A stretch of 64,000 nt of DNA from the NCBI RefSeq assembly GCF_009914755.1, contig NC_060947.1, one strand, 5' to 3'. Both the position numbers and the translations under genes were made by a program. The notes beneath the pieces are model-generated. The model was given only the letters and a program-made list of their open reading frames with translations. It did no database searches and had not been told where the DNA came from. This DNA is from the human T2T-CHM13v2.0 reference genome, Homo sapiens. This document shows, piece after piece, positions 51,148 through 64,000 of the stretch (position 1 is the stretch's first letter; every line of letters begins with the position of its first letter).

Positions 51148-53092
51148 GGACCTTAGGAAGCCTGTTTTACTGAATGTATGAAAGCTTTTAGTAATTAGCA
51201 TATCAATTATTTGTCCATAAGAAGGGGCTTCACAAGTACTTGAGGGCATTTGAAAAGGAGTAGAAAACTAGCATAAATTGAGTGGCATAATTTATGAAAT
51301 CCTCACCCTATGTGGTAGGTTACCAGAGATTTGTAAATAGAGGCTCTAAGAGGTTAAATCATTTGCTTAAATTACAAAGTAAATAAGTGGCGGAATAGCA
51401 TCCAAATATACATTTTTCTGACTTCCCCAATGCACATACTCTTTCAGATATGCTAAAATGTAATTTCAATATTTTCTCTGTAATATTTGATACTCCATTA
51501 ATTTCATTAACAAGCATATTTCATAAGTAGTACAAAGATGAATTTCAAAATAGCTCTAGCAATAGGCACCAAAAATCCACATTCATAATTCTTCACTATA
51601 CATGCTAAATGAAAACATATTTTAACCATTTAAACCACCATCAATCAATTTTTTCTTTTTAGTTATGCATAAGCTTTACATAGGTAAAGTGGCTTATTTT
51701 TGTGTTAAACAAACATGCTTAAAAGCACAATTTAAAGGTAATATTCACTGTTATACCTTTAAAGTGAAATTAATATTCTTTACTAAGTCATTAGTTTACT
51801 TTTCCTTTATTTTTAGATCAAGTTTTTAATTCAGCTTCAGCCAAAAGGAGATAATATAAAAATAAATTCCATTTAAAAAATGGAAATAGTACAACTTTCA
51901 TTGATTTATACACAGATTCTGAGGATCTAAATGCTTAATTGTTTTAATCAGTCCAATTTCCAAACCCATCGTAGTATATGGTGATACTTCCGTTTCATAT
52001 ATTTTTGTGGATAACGGTAAACCTGAATGAGTCTAGAAAATTTATATTCACACACAGAGTTTTCAGGGATATTTAGCATATTGCAGAGGAAGTGTTATTT
52101 CACGTCAATACACTAAACTTCTCTGAACCCCCCTATTCATCGAAAACACTGAACACCCCATTCATTACACAAGCTAGAGCTCTTAAGAGCTAGAAAGCTT
52201 TAACATTCTCCTTATAATTCAGTTATGGTTATGAAATATGAAAAATAATATTTTATGATTTATTTTAAAACACTTTGTTAAGGAAAATACATTTCTTCTT
52301 AGTCTATCATTAATCTGGCTTTACATATGGGCTGGTCTCACTTATCCTGGAGGCAGTTAATCATTAAACATTTTTAGTGGCAAAAGCCTTTCCTTATAGA
52401 AAGATTTTGTCTTCCTGTCATAAATTTCTCATTTTTCTTCCTGGATTTTTAAGCTAGAAAACACTGTAAATATTTTAAGGTTGCACTGCAATTTTTCTGC
52501 CATATTGAAATGATAGCTGTCTGACATCATTTTTCCTTCTTTATAAGTGGCATATTGTTTACTAGTTCATGACGTACGTCTTCAGAGATACTTAGGTACT
52601 CAACTCTATGCAAATATACACTGATTACCTTTGCCATAGACACTAGATGACTACTTGATTAAAATAACATTAAGACGACTAGCCAAAACCAAGACTAACT
52701 GCTAGTGAAAAGAAGCAGCTATCAGTTAATTGAAGAACATCTATATCTTTATTTCCCTTTAAGTATTTAGAAAGTCTTATTGATGAGGTACCATTTCCAT
52801 ATTCAAAAGACAGGGATCTGTTAACCTTTTAGTGAATGAGACAATTCATAATTTTTCCTTGTTTCTGTCTCTGTTAATCCTAACACACAATTACTCTATG
52901 TAGGGAAGCAGGAAACTCCATTTACAATGATTATTTGGGGTTAATTTCATTTAATGGCATTCTTGACAAAGATATGAATATGGCAAGAATATTTTTATAT
53001 TTTACGTTTAACCTTTGTAATTTAATCTTTCTAATTTCATTTGATATAAAGTGTAAATGAAAGCAAAAACACCATTTATAGTTGAGTGTGAA

Positions 53093-53411
<319 letters not shown>

Positions 53412-53443
53412 GAGCAATACATTTCTTTGTGTCTCTGCATTAG

Positions 53444-53755
<312 letters not shown>

Positions 53756-54649
53756 TAGTGTTATACTTTAAATATTTTTATTTGAATACCTATAATTATG
53801 AAACCTGCAATATTAAGCATAGTTAAACTTTCAAATAAAGCAAATGTATAAATATATCCAATTCTATTCATATTCACTTAGTCCACTTTCTCATTTCACA
53901 CATTTAACAAAGCAAGCAATGATAAAATATGCATGTCTTGAGTATTATAATTTGCATTTGAAACTGCAGAATCTTCTGGCTGAATGAATCAATAATGCAA
54001 ATATCTTTCTAATTAGATATTTAGTGTTTTTTAGTTGTATTTTGTAAAATCTAAAGTTTTGTGTACAAAATAGTTTTTTTTTTTTTTTTTTAAAGAAATC
54101 TGACAGATCTTTTGGTCCTGTGTTTCAAAGTACATTGTGAATTTTGACTGAAATCACAGTTGTCTTTGGTATACCAAAATTAAGTTCTGCATAGTACCTA
54201 TTTTAGTGTTACAGTCAGTGTAACTGCTGGAATATTCAGGTCTAGTGGAATCAGTAATTATGTAAGCCTTTCTTGTTAGAGGATTTCTTGGCTTAGATAC
54301 ATCCCTTATATGTGCATTGCCCCTTATTGCCTTATTGTCATTCTAATTACTACCACTCCTTTGTCCCCATCCCCACCCCATGGCCTTCATTCTTTGTTGC
54401 TATCTTTGTGAGTAGAAAGACAAACTATAAGGAAAACTTGTATGTGAGCTGTGTGGGGGGAGCGGGTGAGTTACAGTTATTTCTAATATCTAAAGAGTTG
54501 TGTAGAAGAATTAGACTTGCTTGATGAAGGCACAAAAGGAATAAGTAGAACCAAGGAATAAGTTGCTGTGATAAAGGCATGAAATAATTGATAACCCAAG
54601 ATGCCTCGATTTGGACCTGCTGCCTTAAGAGATACTGAGTTGAATGTTA

Positions 54650-54900
54650 AGGCAGTGAAGTGCAATGGAAGGAATCTGTGAGCTTGGAACCAGGCAGACC
54701 TGTATTTCAATTTTGGGTCTACTTCTTAAATAATAGCTGTGTGGTCATGAGCAAGTCACTAAGTGACAGAACCTTGGTTTCTTTATTTCTAAACTGGGAG
54801 ATGATGCTTACCTTGCAGGTTGTTGTAAAAACTAAGACATGATGTGAGTAAAGCCCCTTGGCACAGTGCCTGTCATGTAATAGGTCTGTCTATTATTGTT
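54650..54900 (+). mobile_element. MIR
   Basis: agctgtgtggtcatgagcaagtcact..cttaccttgcaggttgttg..ggcacagtgcctg. Confidence 0.75.
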
Positions 54901-54949
54901 GTTTTATTCATTTTTTGAGTGATCAAAGGTTGCTCTTTAAAAAAAAAAA

Positions 54950-55140
54950 ACAACTCTAGGTTTAGTGGTACATGTGCAAGTTTGTTATATAGGTAAATTG
55001 CATGTTGAGGGATCTGGTATACAGATTATTTTGCCACCCAGGTAATAAGCAGAGGACCTGATAGGTAGTTTTTGATCCTCACCCTCCTCCTACCTGCCAA
55101 CCTCAAGTAGGCCCCCTTGTCTGTTGTTCCCTTCCTTGTG
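54950..55140 (-). mobile_element. Older L1PA (PA15/16-like) 3' end
   Basis: ggtacatgtgcaagtttgttatataggtaaattgcatg..cccaggtaataagc..cctcaagtaggcccc. Confidence 0.85.
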
Positions 55141-55323
55141 TCAAAGACCACTCTTTAGAAATGATGTTGAAAGATTGTACAAGGTAGTGAACTAATATAA
55201 TTTGTATTATCCCGTTTATCTTGTTGATATGATTCTATATTACTTTTAAAGATATATGGTTGACTGGTAATGAGCATTATCCCCTTCTCTTGTTATTGGT
55301 ATACTGACTAGGTTAGTAATTCA

Positions 55324-55649
55324 TTTTTATTTTTATCTTTAAAAATTATTATTATTATTTTTTTTAGAGACAAGGTATTGCTCTGTTGCCCAGGTCAGAG
55401 TGCAATGGCGCAATCATAGCTCACTACAGCCTCTACCTCCTGGGCTTGAGGGATCCTGCCATCTCAGCCTCCTGAATAGCCAGGAGAATAGGTGCACAAC
55501 ACCACAACCAGGCAATTTAAAAAATTTTTTTGTAGAGTTGGGGTCTCGCTTTGTTGCCAGGCTGATCTTGAACTCCTGGCTTCAAGCAATCCTCCCGCCA
55601 TGGCCTCCCAAAGTGCTGGGATTACAGGCATGAGCTGTTGTGCCTGGCC
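55324..55649 (-). mobile_element. AluJ-like
   Basis: caatcatagctcactacagcctc; TSD aggttagtaattcat. Confidence 0.92.
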
Positions 55650-56450
55650 AAGGTTAGTAATTCATGGAGAGAAAATGGGATTGATGCTTTGCTTTCCAGA
55701 CTTCCACAGGCTTTTTAAGTGAAAATGCAAGTTGACATATGGGAATTTTAAAATTATCATTTTGTTATTGATTGCTATGCCAACCAATACTCTTTTGTTT
55801 GTTTCTTCCCTTACTAATTTAAGCTATTTGACCTGGAACTATAGTTCATGTAGATCTTGTGGGCATTTTCCAAGTCGTTATTTCTACAATGCCTATTAAT
55901 ATGTGTCTTCTATATCAAGCAATGGCACTTTTTTTGTTGAATAAATGGATACAGGGGTTGAGCTGTTCATAATTTGATGCATTTTCAGGCTGTTGTAAGT
56001 GAATTGACCATTTGCTCAAAATCAGTGAACATTAAGCTATTAAAGTAATTTTCATGTCTGCATTACTGATGTTTTTTTTGGAAAAAGTATGAAATTGAGG
56101 AGGATCATGATAAAATGCATTTATCTTTATTCTGCCTTTTTGAAGAGAATCTTAAAGGGCACAAGCCTGTTGGCAGAGATATTCTTAAGTGATAAATGAT
56201 AATGACAAGAGTGGCGATGGTTTTTTCCATCACAGTTTTGGGGATCAAGGTGAGTCAGAGAGAATGATATCCTAAACCTTAGCTTCTTCATTAAATGACA
56301 ACAAAACTGTCATTTGCTGATTTTTGGCCATCAGAAGTATTATCTAGATCATATTATCTATTTATAACTTTGGGATAATGGGTTTCTGATTTTATGTAAT
56401 GTACTTCTCAGCCCTTTTATTTATTTTTTTATATAGCTTTGATTCTTTGA

Positions 56451-56967
<517 letters not shown>

Positions 56968-57604
56968 TGACTCCTGTCTTTTGTCAGGAGTAGAATATAC
57001 TGATAAAATCCTTTCTCATGAATGATGAAGTTGCCAGAAATTTGGAATACTTTTGGACTGACAACAATTACATGATAAAATATTGTGAAAACTATTTGTG
57101 AATAAATAATGAACCAATACTACTTCTGTTCACTCAGAACAAACATAATACAGTGGTTCAGAAGAGCGTAGTAACCTTCATATTGCTTAATAGTTCAGTA
57201 AACTTTTAATGCCTCTGAAAATGCATAATAGTTCCTTAAGAAAGCATGGTAGGATAATCAGAAAAGACTTTTTTTTTTTAATTTGACACCAAAGGGATTC
57301 ATATATGACATCTGTTCATTTTTTCCACTTCCCTTCTTCTAGTAAAATACCTAGAAATAATTATTCCTAGAGACCATGTGATATTTCCACCTTTAGTGTC
57401 TAGCCTGCAATTATTTCAACAAAGTCCTCTTGGTACAGTAAATAGTAAACCCCACTGGACCAAATCCTAATAGTATAGTATTGGCTGCCATAGTGTAACA
57501 CACATGGTATGTTTACATTAAATTGGTCTCATGTCTTAAAAAGCATTTGTCTTTATATTTAGTATAGATACAATCTAGAGATAGATTAACTGGCTAGATG
57601 ATGA

Positions 57605-57860
57605 TGATAATAATAATAGCTAATCTTTATTGAGCACTTACTATGTGGCAAACATTGTTCTAAGTGTCTTATGTGTCTTAATTCACTTGTTATAACATCC
57701 CAAATGAAGTACGTAGTGTTTTTATTCCACTTTATAGAGACCTAAACTGAGGCACAGGGATTTAAGCAACTTTCCCAAGATTACACAGCTAGTTAAGTGG
57801 ATGTAATCCAGGTAATTTGATTCAAGGGTCCATTCTCATAACCATTATGTGATACTGCTT
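57605..57860 (-). mobile_element. MIR
   Basis: aataatagctaatctttattgagcacttactatgtg..aaactgaggcacag..acacagctag. Confidence 0.85.
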
Positions 57861-58403
57861 CATAGCCATTGTGTGAGACTTTAAGAGATGCTGCAGTGCT
57901 TTCTCCTTTTTCACTACTTCACTATTTCTCGTTCATAGCCCTTTGTTCACAGGGAAAACATAGGAAGGGAAAAACTAGAAGCTCCTTGAGTTTCACCTGT
58001 TTATTCCAGATTTTTATCTCGTGGTGTCTCCCATTGTATAAACTGAGATCAGTAAGAACTGTTATTATGCCATATGTTTCTAATCATAGCAATTGCTTCA
58101 TTCTCTGAGGCATACAACACATGAAATTATTGTCAGACATACTGATTTTATACGTTTACAAATGCTCGTTTAAATAGCCATTGAAATACAAACTTCAGTA
58201 AAGAGAGTAATGTTTGGTTTGCATGATGTCTGAATTCTAAGATTTGGCAATGGAGTAAAGATTTTGCCTAGATCTTATCTTTTTCCCCCCATTCTACAGT
58301 GAGGTACAATGATAATTGTTATCATAGTGATGACCCTGGGAGAGCATTAACATCTTTTGTTCCCTAGAATGTACTTATTGAAGCAGGAATGTGGATGATT
58401 ATG

Positions 58404-58711
<308 letters not shown>

Positions 58712-58733
58712 GGTTGCTTATGTTTTAGATGTA

Positions 58734-59058
58734 CAGTTGTCCTTAGGTGTCTGTGGGGAATTGGTTCCAGAACCACCCCCCCTTGCCAAATCCCTTATAT
58801 AACATGGTATAGTATTTGCATATAACCTGTGCACATCTTCTTGTATACTTTGAATTATTTCTAGATTACTTATAATACCAAATACAATGTAAGTGCTATG
58901 TGATTAGCAGCTATACTGTATTGTCTAGGGAATAATGACAAGGAAAAGAGTCTGTATATGTTCGGTACAGACAATCATCCATTTGTTTAAAAAATATTTT
59001 TGATCTGCAACTGGCTGAATCCATGGATGAGGAACCCACAGCCGCAGAGGGCTGACTG
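58734..59058 (+). mobile_element. MER2 Tigger DNA transposon
   Basis: ta-cagttgtcc..ttggttccag..gtatttgcatataacct..ctagattacttataatac..gggctgactg-ta. Confidence 0.92.
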
Positions 59059-61752
59059 TATTTTTACTGACAAAAGTTTAAACATAAAAGCAATAACCAA
59101 AAAAGGTAGTTTAGTCACAAAAAGTTTAAAGTGAAAATTAAATTAACTACAACATACTGTAATTCATGCCAAACAGTTGTTCCTCCTAATCAATATTTGA
59201 ATTTTGAAAGAGAAGTAATTGTATATATATTGTAAGAATTCCACTGTAGATGAGTCACAGAGCAGATTGATGATCGTATTTTTTTGCTATGGTAGTTAAA
59301 ACTTTTTATTCAGATTTTTATTTAGTGCTAAATGAGTTCAAAATGTATATTACCTCTCTGGAAAAGCTCTTATGTTAGACTGTCAGCTATCTAGTCCATT
59401 TTATATTTTCAACTTGAAAAATGTTTAAAATGTTAATTTATTTCAATTAAAATTTAACAGGTTGAAATAAAATGAACATCAGATTTCTCTTTTGATTCAC
59501 TCCAATTCAGAAAAACAACTTTTGAAATCTTACAATGTGGTAGGCACTGAACGTTTCAAAGACTGTTAGGAAATGGTTCCTGTGTTTTCAAGCTTTTTCC
59601 AGTGGCCAGTTGGTCACATTTATCAAATGTACTAAAACTATGTTTTTAGACATACTCTTTAATATATTCATGTGAAGTTTACAGAATTATGTTTGAACAC
59701 AATCCTTTTTGTAGGTGTTCACAGTTTCTATGAGGTTTTACTTCACTGGTTTTCATGTTATCTTCATAATAGCATTTTAATGAATATTTATTTCTACCCA
59801 ACTCCTTACTATTACAGCTGGAGGGAGCTGTGCTACAAAGAGAGCACTCTCTGTTGAGAGAAACTTGGAAAGTTGAGTTAACATATTGGCCTGGGTTGCT
59901 AATCCCAAAGAACAGGAAGTCTTAGGGCTAGAGTGAGGGAGGAGATTGGGTGGAAGGGGTATAGTCTGAAGTCTCCAAAGCTTAGAGCTCTGACAGCCTA
60001 CAGTTTTATTTTGCCCTTCCAATCCATCCAATGTGACTCTTTTGACATTCTTAAAATAATTGAGAAAAAATTTCTGATATAGCTTGTAAATTCTGCTAAT
60101 TGATCCTTTAGTAAATTGACCATTTGGCAAATAGTCTTTTCTGCGACTACATCAAGAGTCCCTGTTGTCAAAGAAATGCCTTAGCAAATGGAAGATATAA
60201 ATAATACCTTTACCAAGTTACAGGTAAAAAGGTGCCCTATTAATTAAGTCTGATTTTCAAAATAACCCACTGAAGAGTACAGGGATTATTATCCCTAATT
60301 AATATCTGTATTTAATACTGGAAGATTCAGAGAGGCTAAGTGAGTTGCCCTCAGTTAAAAGATAATGAAAATGGAGGAATCAAGATTTGACTCAGGCATT
60401 CTGGCCAGTAAGTGTATTTCCATTATACCATTCTGAAGATAATCACTTTGTTTAAATAATTTCATTTTTCACATTTTGAGGGCTAGAGAGATGGGGACGG
60501 GAGATGAAGGAGTACTGAAGTTTGCTCACTTGATGACATGTTTATGTATACTTTTCCTGTACTTAGGAAATCAATTTCACAAGACATTGTTTTAAGAAAT
60601 TTTAAGCCTGTTATTATAGACATGAATTAACTACACACTGTTAATTTAGAAATTATTGTTAGAGCAGTTATTATTTTTGTACATGACAGCATTAGAAAAT
60701 AATGAAGTTCTAATATTTTGATTTTTATAGCTCACATCCCTATTCTGGGTCTCCTTTCCAAGTTTTCAAACTTAGCAGGACCACAGAATTTCTTGTTTTA
60801 GACTGCTAATTATCTTAAGACAAAAAGGGATCATCCTAGGTTCTGCTGGTTCTCACATTAAAGAGAAATTTCCATTTTCCATTAATGTATTCAAATACAT
60901 TCACTTTAAAGATACCTATACTGTACTGCTAAAGAGATTACCCTCTATGTCTTATTCTCTATTTTAGGACTTCAGCTTTCAGAAACAGCTGTAAAACTTT
61001 CTTAAGCATTATGAATATAATATTTCTCAACTCATCTTAAAACACTTACTATTTACTATTTCTCTTATTAGATATGGCTTCTGAAATGGTTTAATTGCAC
61101 TTCAAAACTATAGCATTTTATTGATTTTATTTTTTGAAAGCTGCTTTATGTTCTGTAGTGTTTAATGGAGGATAAGTTACTAGTCACATATGATACTGTG
61201 CATACGCTAGATTTAAATGTTTAGTGCTTACTTTTGACAACTACGTAAAGAAGATCTATATACTAGTTCTGGATTTATTTTTGAAATGGAAAATTGTGCT
61301 TTTAAAATTATTATGGGTAGCTTCAGTTTGTATCACAGTATACCAGCACCAATACATTACTGGTGTCATCTTACGTGATGTATGAAAATTTGAGGTACTA
61401 GAGTATTGGTAAAATGCTATTTACCCCTATATTCTTACTCATTTAAATCCAAAGCTAAGTCTTTCTACTGGTACTAAATATTTTACATCGCAATGGAAAA
61501 TTTTAATAACGTTGTACAAAAATATATAGAGAAACTAACAAAAATCCAAATGACCTCATTCATCTTTTAAGCAGTTAAAGGCAGTGGAATAAAGTGTGCA
61601 AAATAATGACATGCAAGATGAAAACCACCTAAACCTTATTTTCCTTTCCTAGCCTAGCTTGTTCTATTATGGGTTTTATATGAACATACTTTGAAATGAA
61701 ATCCATTAGTTGAAAAACAAAAATAAAATTCTTAACCAAGTGGCAGGCATAT

Positions 61753-61892
61753 ACAATAGTCCCCCCTTATCCACAGGGAATATGTTTGAAGACCCTCCAG
61801 TGGATGTCTGAAACCATGGATAGTACCTAACCCTTTATATACTCTCTCTCTCTTTCTCTCTCTCTGTAGTGTATATATATAAAAAACCAAGA

Positions 61893-61955
<63 letters not shown>

Positions 61956-62225
61956 ATCTGATAGCCAAGGCAGCTACCAAATGACTAATGAGCAAGTAGC
62001 CTATACAGTGTGGATACACTGGACAAAGAGAGGATTTGTATGCCAGGTAAAAGAGTGTGGGACAGTGCAAGATTTCATCATGCTACTCTGAATGGTCCAC
62101 AATTTAAAACACATGAGTTTTTTATTTCTGCAATTTTCCATTTAATATTTTTGGACCATGGTTGATTGCAGGTAACTAAAGCTGTGGAAGGGTAAACAAA
62201 ACTATGGATAAGTGGGGGGCTACTG
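61753..62225 (-). mobile_element. MER44 (Tigger7-derived) with internal (CT)n/(AT)n microsatellite
   Basis: Terminal repeats caatagtccccccttatcc ... ggataagtggggggctactg, TA flanks; (AT)n at about 61908-61952. Confidence 0.88.
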
Positions 62226-62862
62226 TAACATAATCTTTGGTTTTTAGGTATATCTCAGATGTATCTGAAATAAACATTGAGATACTGAATGAATATTTTA
62301 TAGCAACCATCTTTTCTTTAAATCTAAGCATCCTTCTTAACTCTAAAATTATGAATCTAATTTGTGTTACATTTTATATTGCTAATTTCTTATTTTTTTA
62401 TTTTATATTTTATGTTCAGTCCATCTTTCCGTTGCTTGGAATATTTTTCTGAGGTAATTAGAAATTTATATCTTCTCCTTAGATTTTTTTCTGAAGTCTT
62501 GTTACAGTGTGATGGTTTTTCTTCATTTAATTAATTAGAGAAACTATAGTATAACTAAATTCATGATTGAACACATTTTATACAAATTACAATTGAGAGC
62601 CGAGGGACTATCTTCAGCATTAAAAACTCAAACATTCCTAACTTTACTGTAATGCCCTTCAAATTAGGATTGGGTTTATTTAGCATATAAGAGCAAGGGC
62701 TATGCAGTACGTAAATACAATACGTACTAAAAAAATGTTTTGTTGCATATTCATTTATTTATTCATATATATTATTACAATTTTATTGAATTTTGTACAA
62801 ACCAATGCAGCAATAAAAAACTATGGCTTAGTCTATATCCTCATGAAGATGAGGATAGACTA

Positions 62863-62919
62863 AGATATAAATATAGATATAGATATAAATATAAATATAG
62901 ATATAAATATAGATATAAA
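62863..62919. repeat. (ATATA[A/G])n hexamer repeat inside an L2 relic (about 62740-63075)
   Basis: agatataaatatagatatagatataaatataaatatagatataaatatagatataaa. Confidence 0.85.
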
Positions 62920-64000
62920 ACCAATATTCATTTTAATCATCCTAAGTGCTTAAAGAAAACATCCAGGAGATTAGAGGGACCTAGTTTGGGAGGACAGGGA
63001 AGGCTTCCCTGAGGAAGTGATATTTAAGCTGAATCTTTAAACATGAATAAGGATTAGATAAGCAAAGAGAATAGGAAATTTTTTTTAATATGGACAAATT
63101 AGAGCTTAATATTTTAAAAATATATAAATCTGAGATTGGATATTCCGAACTAACAATTCAAGTTATTTAAACATTGTGAGCTTTATAACAACATGGAAAT
63201 AACAATATATGGCAGTTTTAGAACCTTGCTGAAAAATAACCTTGGTAAATCTAAATTTTATTTAAAATGAAGCTGTGTGGCACACATTGATTCAAACTGT
63301 CTGTAAATGGAGTATTGAGAAGGAATATGACAGCCAGCAAATGTCAATGGCGACTTTGATTAAGAACAGAATGTTGAAAAACAAATACCTAACAAAAACT
63401 AATCAATTAAAGTGTGTGTGGAGTGGAGGGAGGAATAGCTCAAAACACGAAAGATGTTTATAAGGAGCCACTATGATATCTAATTCTCCATGCCATTTAA
63501 TAAGCAGACTAGCCATGACTGTGTACCTGACCTGTTGACCCCAATAACTCATTATTCAAGTGTTTACTAGATAATTTTCATCCAACAGCAAATTTCACTG
63601 TGCCTATTCTAGGTAACTGTATGCTGGGGCCCTCTGGGTGATAAAAGGTGTTTTATTAGCTGCTTCCAGACACCCCAGTTCTCACAAGGTTAAATAAATT
63701 GTATGCCTGCTAAATGAGTTAGCAGGAGATTTAAAAATAGAATTCAAGGTTTTTTTTTTTTTTTTCCTTTGTGCTTTCTTACTGTGGTTACACTATCTTT
63801 AAAGTTTGTGTTGGTTTTTCAGCAGCACAGGTCTAGATTAGTTGCATTTGTATACTTCCAAAGAGTTGCATATTTATTTGTCCTAATATATATATTTAAA
63901 AAAAAAGTTGTTCAGAGATAAAGGGTAAACACAATAAGCTTACTGATCATTCAAAACTGCCTGTACCTACTCATTTGCTCTTTCAGCAAGTGTTTATTGA

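Noticed and set aside
52178-52191. 14-bp perfect palindrome agctcttaagagct (also the gtcaaac-tttt-gtttgac hairpin at about 12914)
   Set aside because: A few palindromes of this size are expected by chance in 64 kb, and there is no supporting context.
59818-60225. Acceptor at 59817 and donor CAG|GTAAAA at about 60222
   Set aside because: No matching partner sites giving an open exon; all frames before the donor contain stops.
62740-63012. ORF with YKYRYRYKY repeat
   Set aside because: Translation of an (ATATA[A/G])n simple repeat inside an L2 relic.

Overview
This is AT-rich primate (most likely human) genomic DNA with no recognisable cellular protein-coding exon, RNA gene or prokaryotic system. 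It is dominated by interspersed repeats: about 25 Alus, one full-length but inactivated L1PA6-like LINE-1 (16813-22967, minus), older L1M/L2/MIR relics, solo LTRs (MLT1, MLT2A, MST, HERV-H LTR7, two ERV1-class) and DNA-transposon fossils (MER1B, MER2, MER3/33, MER44, MER58A, Tigger4, MADE1). Retroelements are strongly biased to the minus strand, which suggests a large intron of a + strand gene that I cannot identify. Nearly all ORFs in the track are Alu- or L1-derived or chance. I found no convincing new biological system. The best observations are retrotransposition and repair relics plus candidate transcript elements: an apparent L1 3' transduction ending at a MaLR LTR poly(A) signal, an intact and extended L1 ORF0, an LTR7 with a downstream candidate exon, a 103-bp dispersed duplication, an apparent Alu-Alu conversion tract, a very young AluY and a few candidate cryptic or micro exons. 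Subfamily names come from memory of consensus sequences, and boundaries of old elements are approximate.
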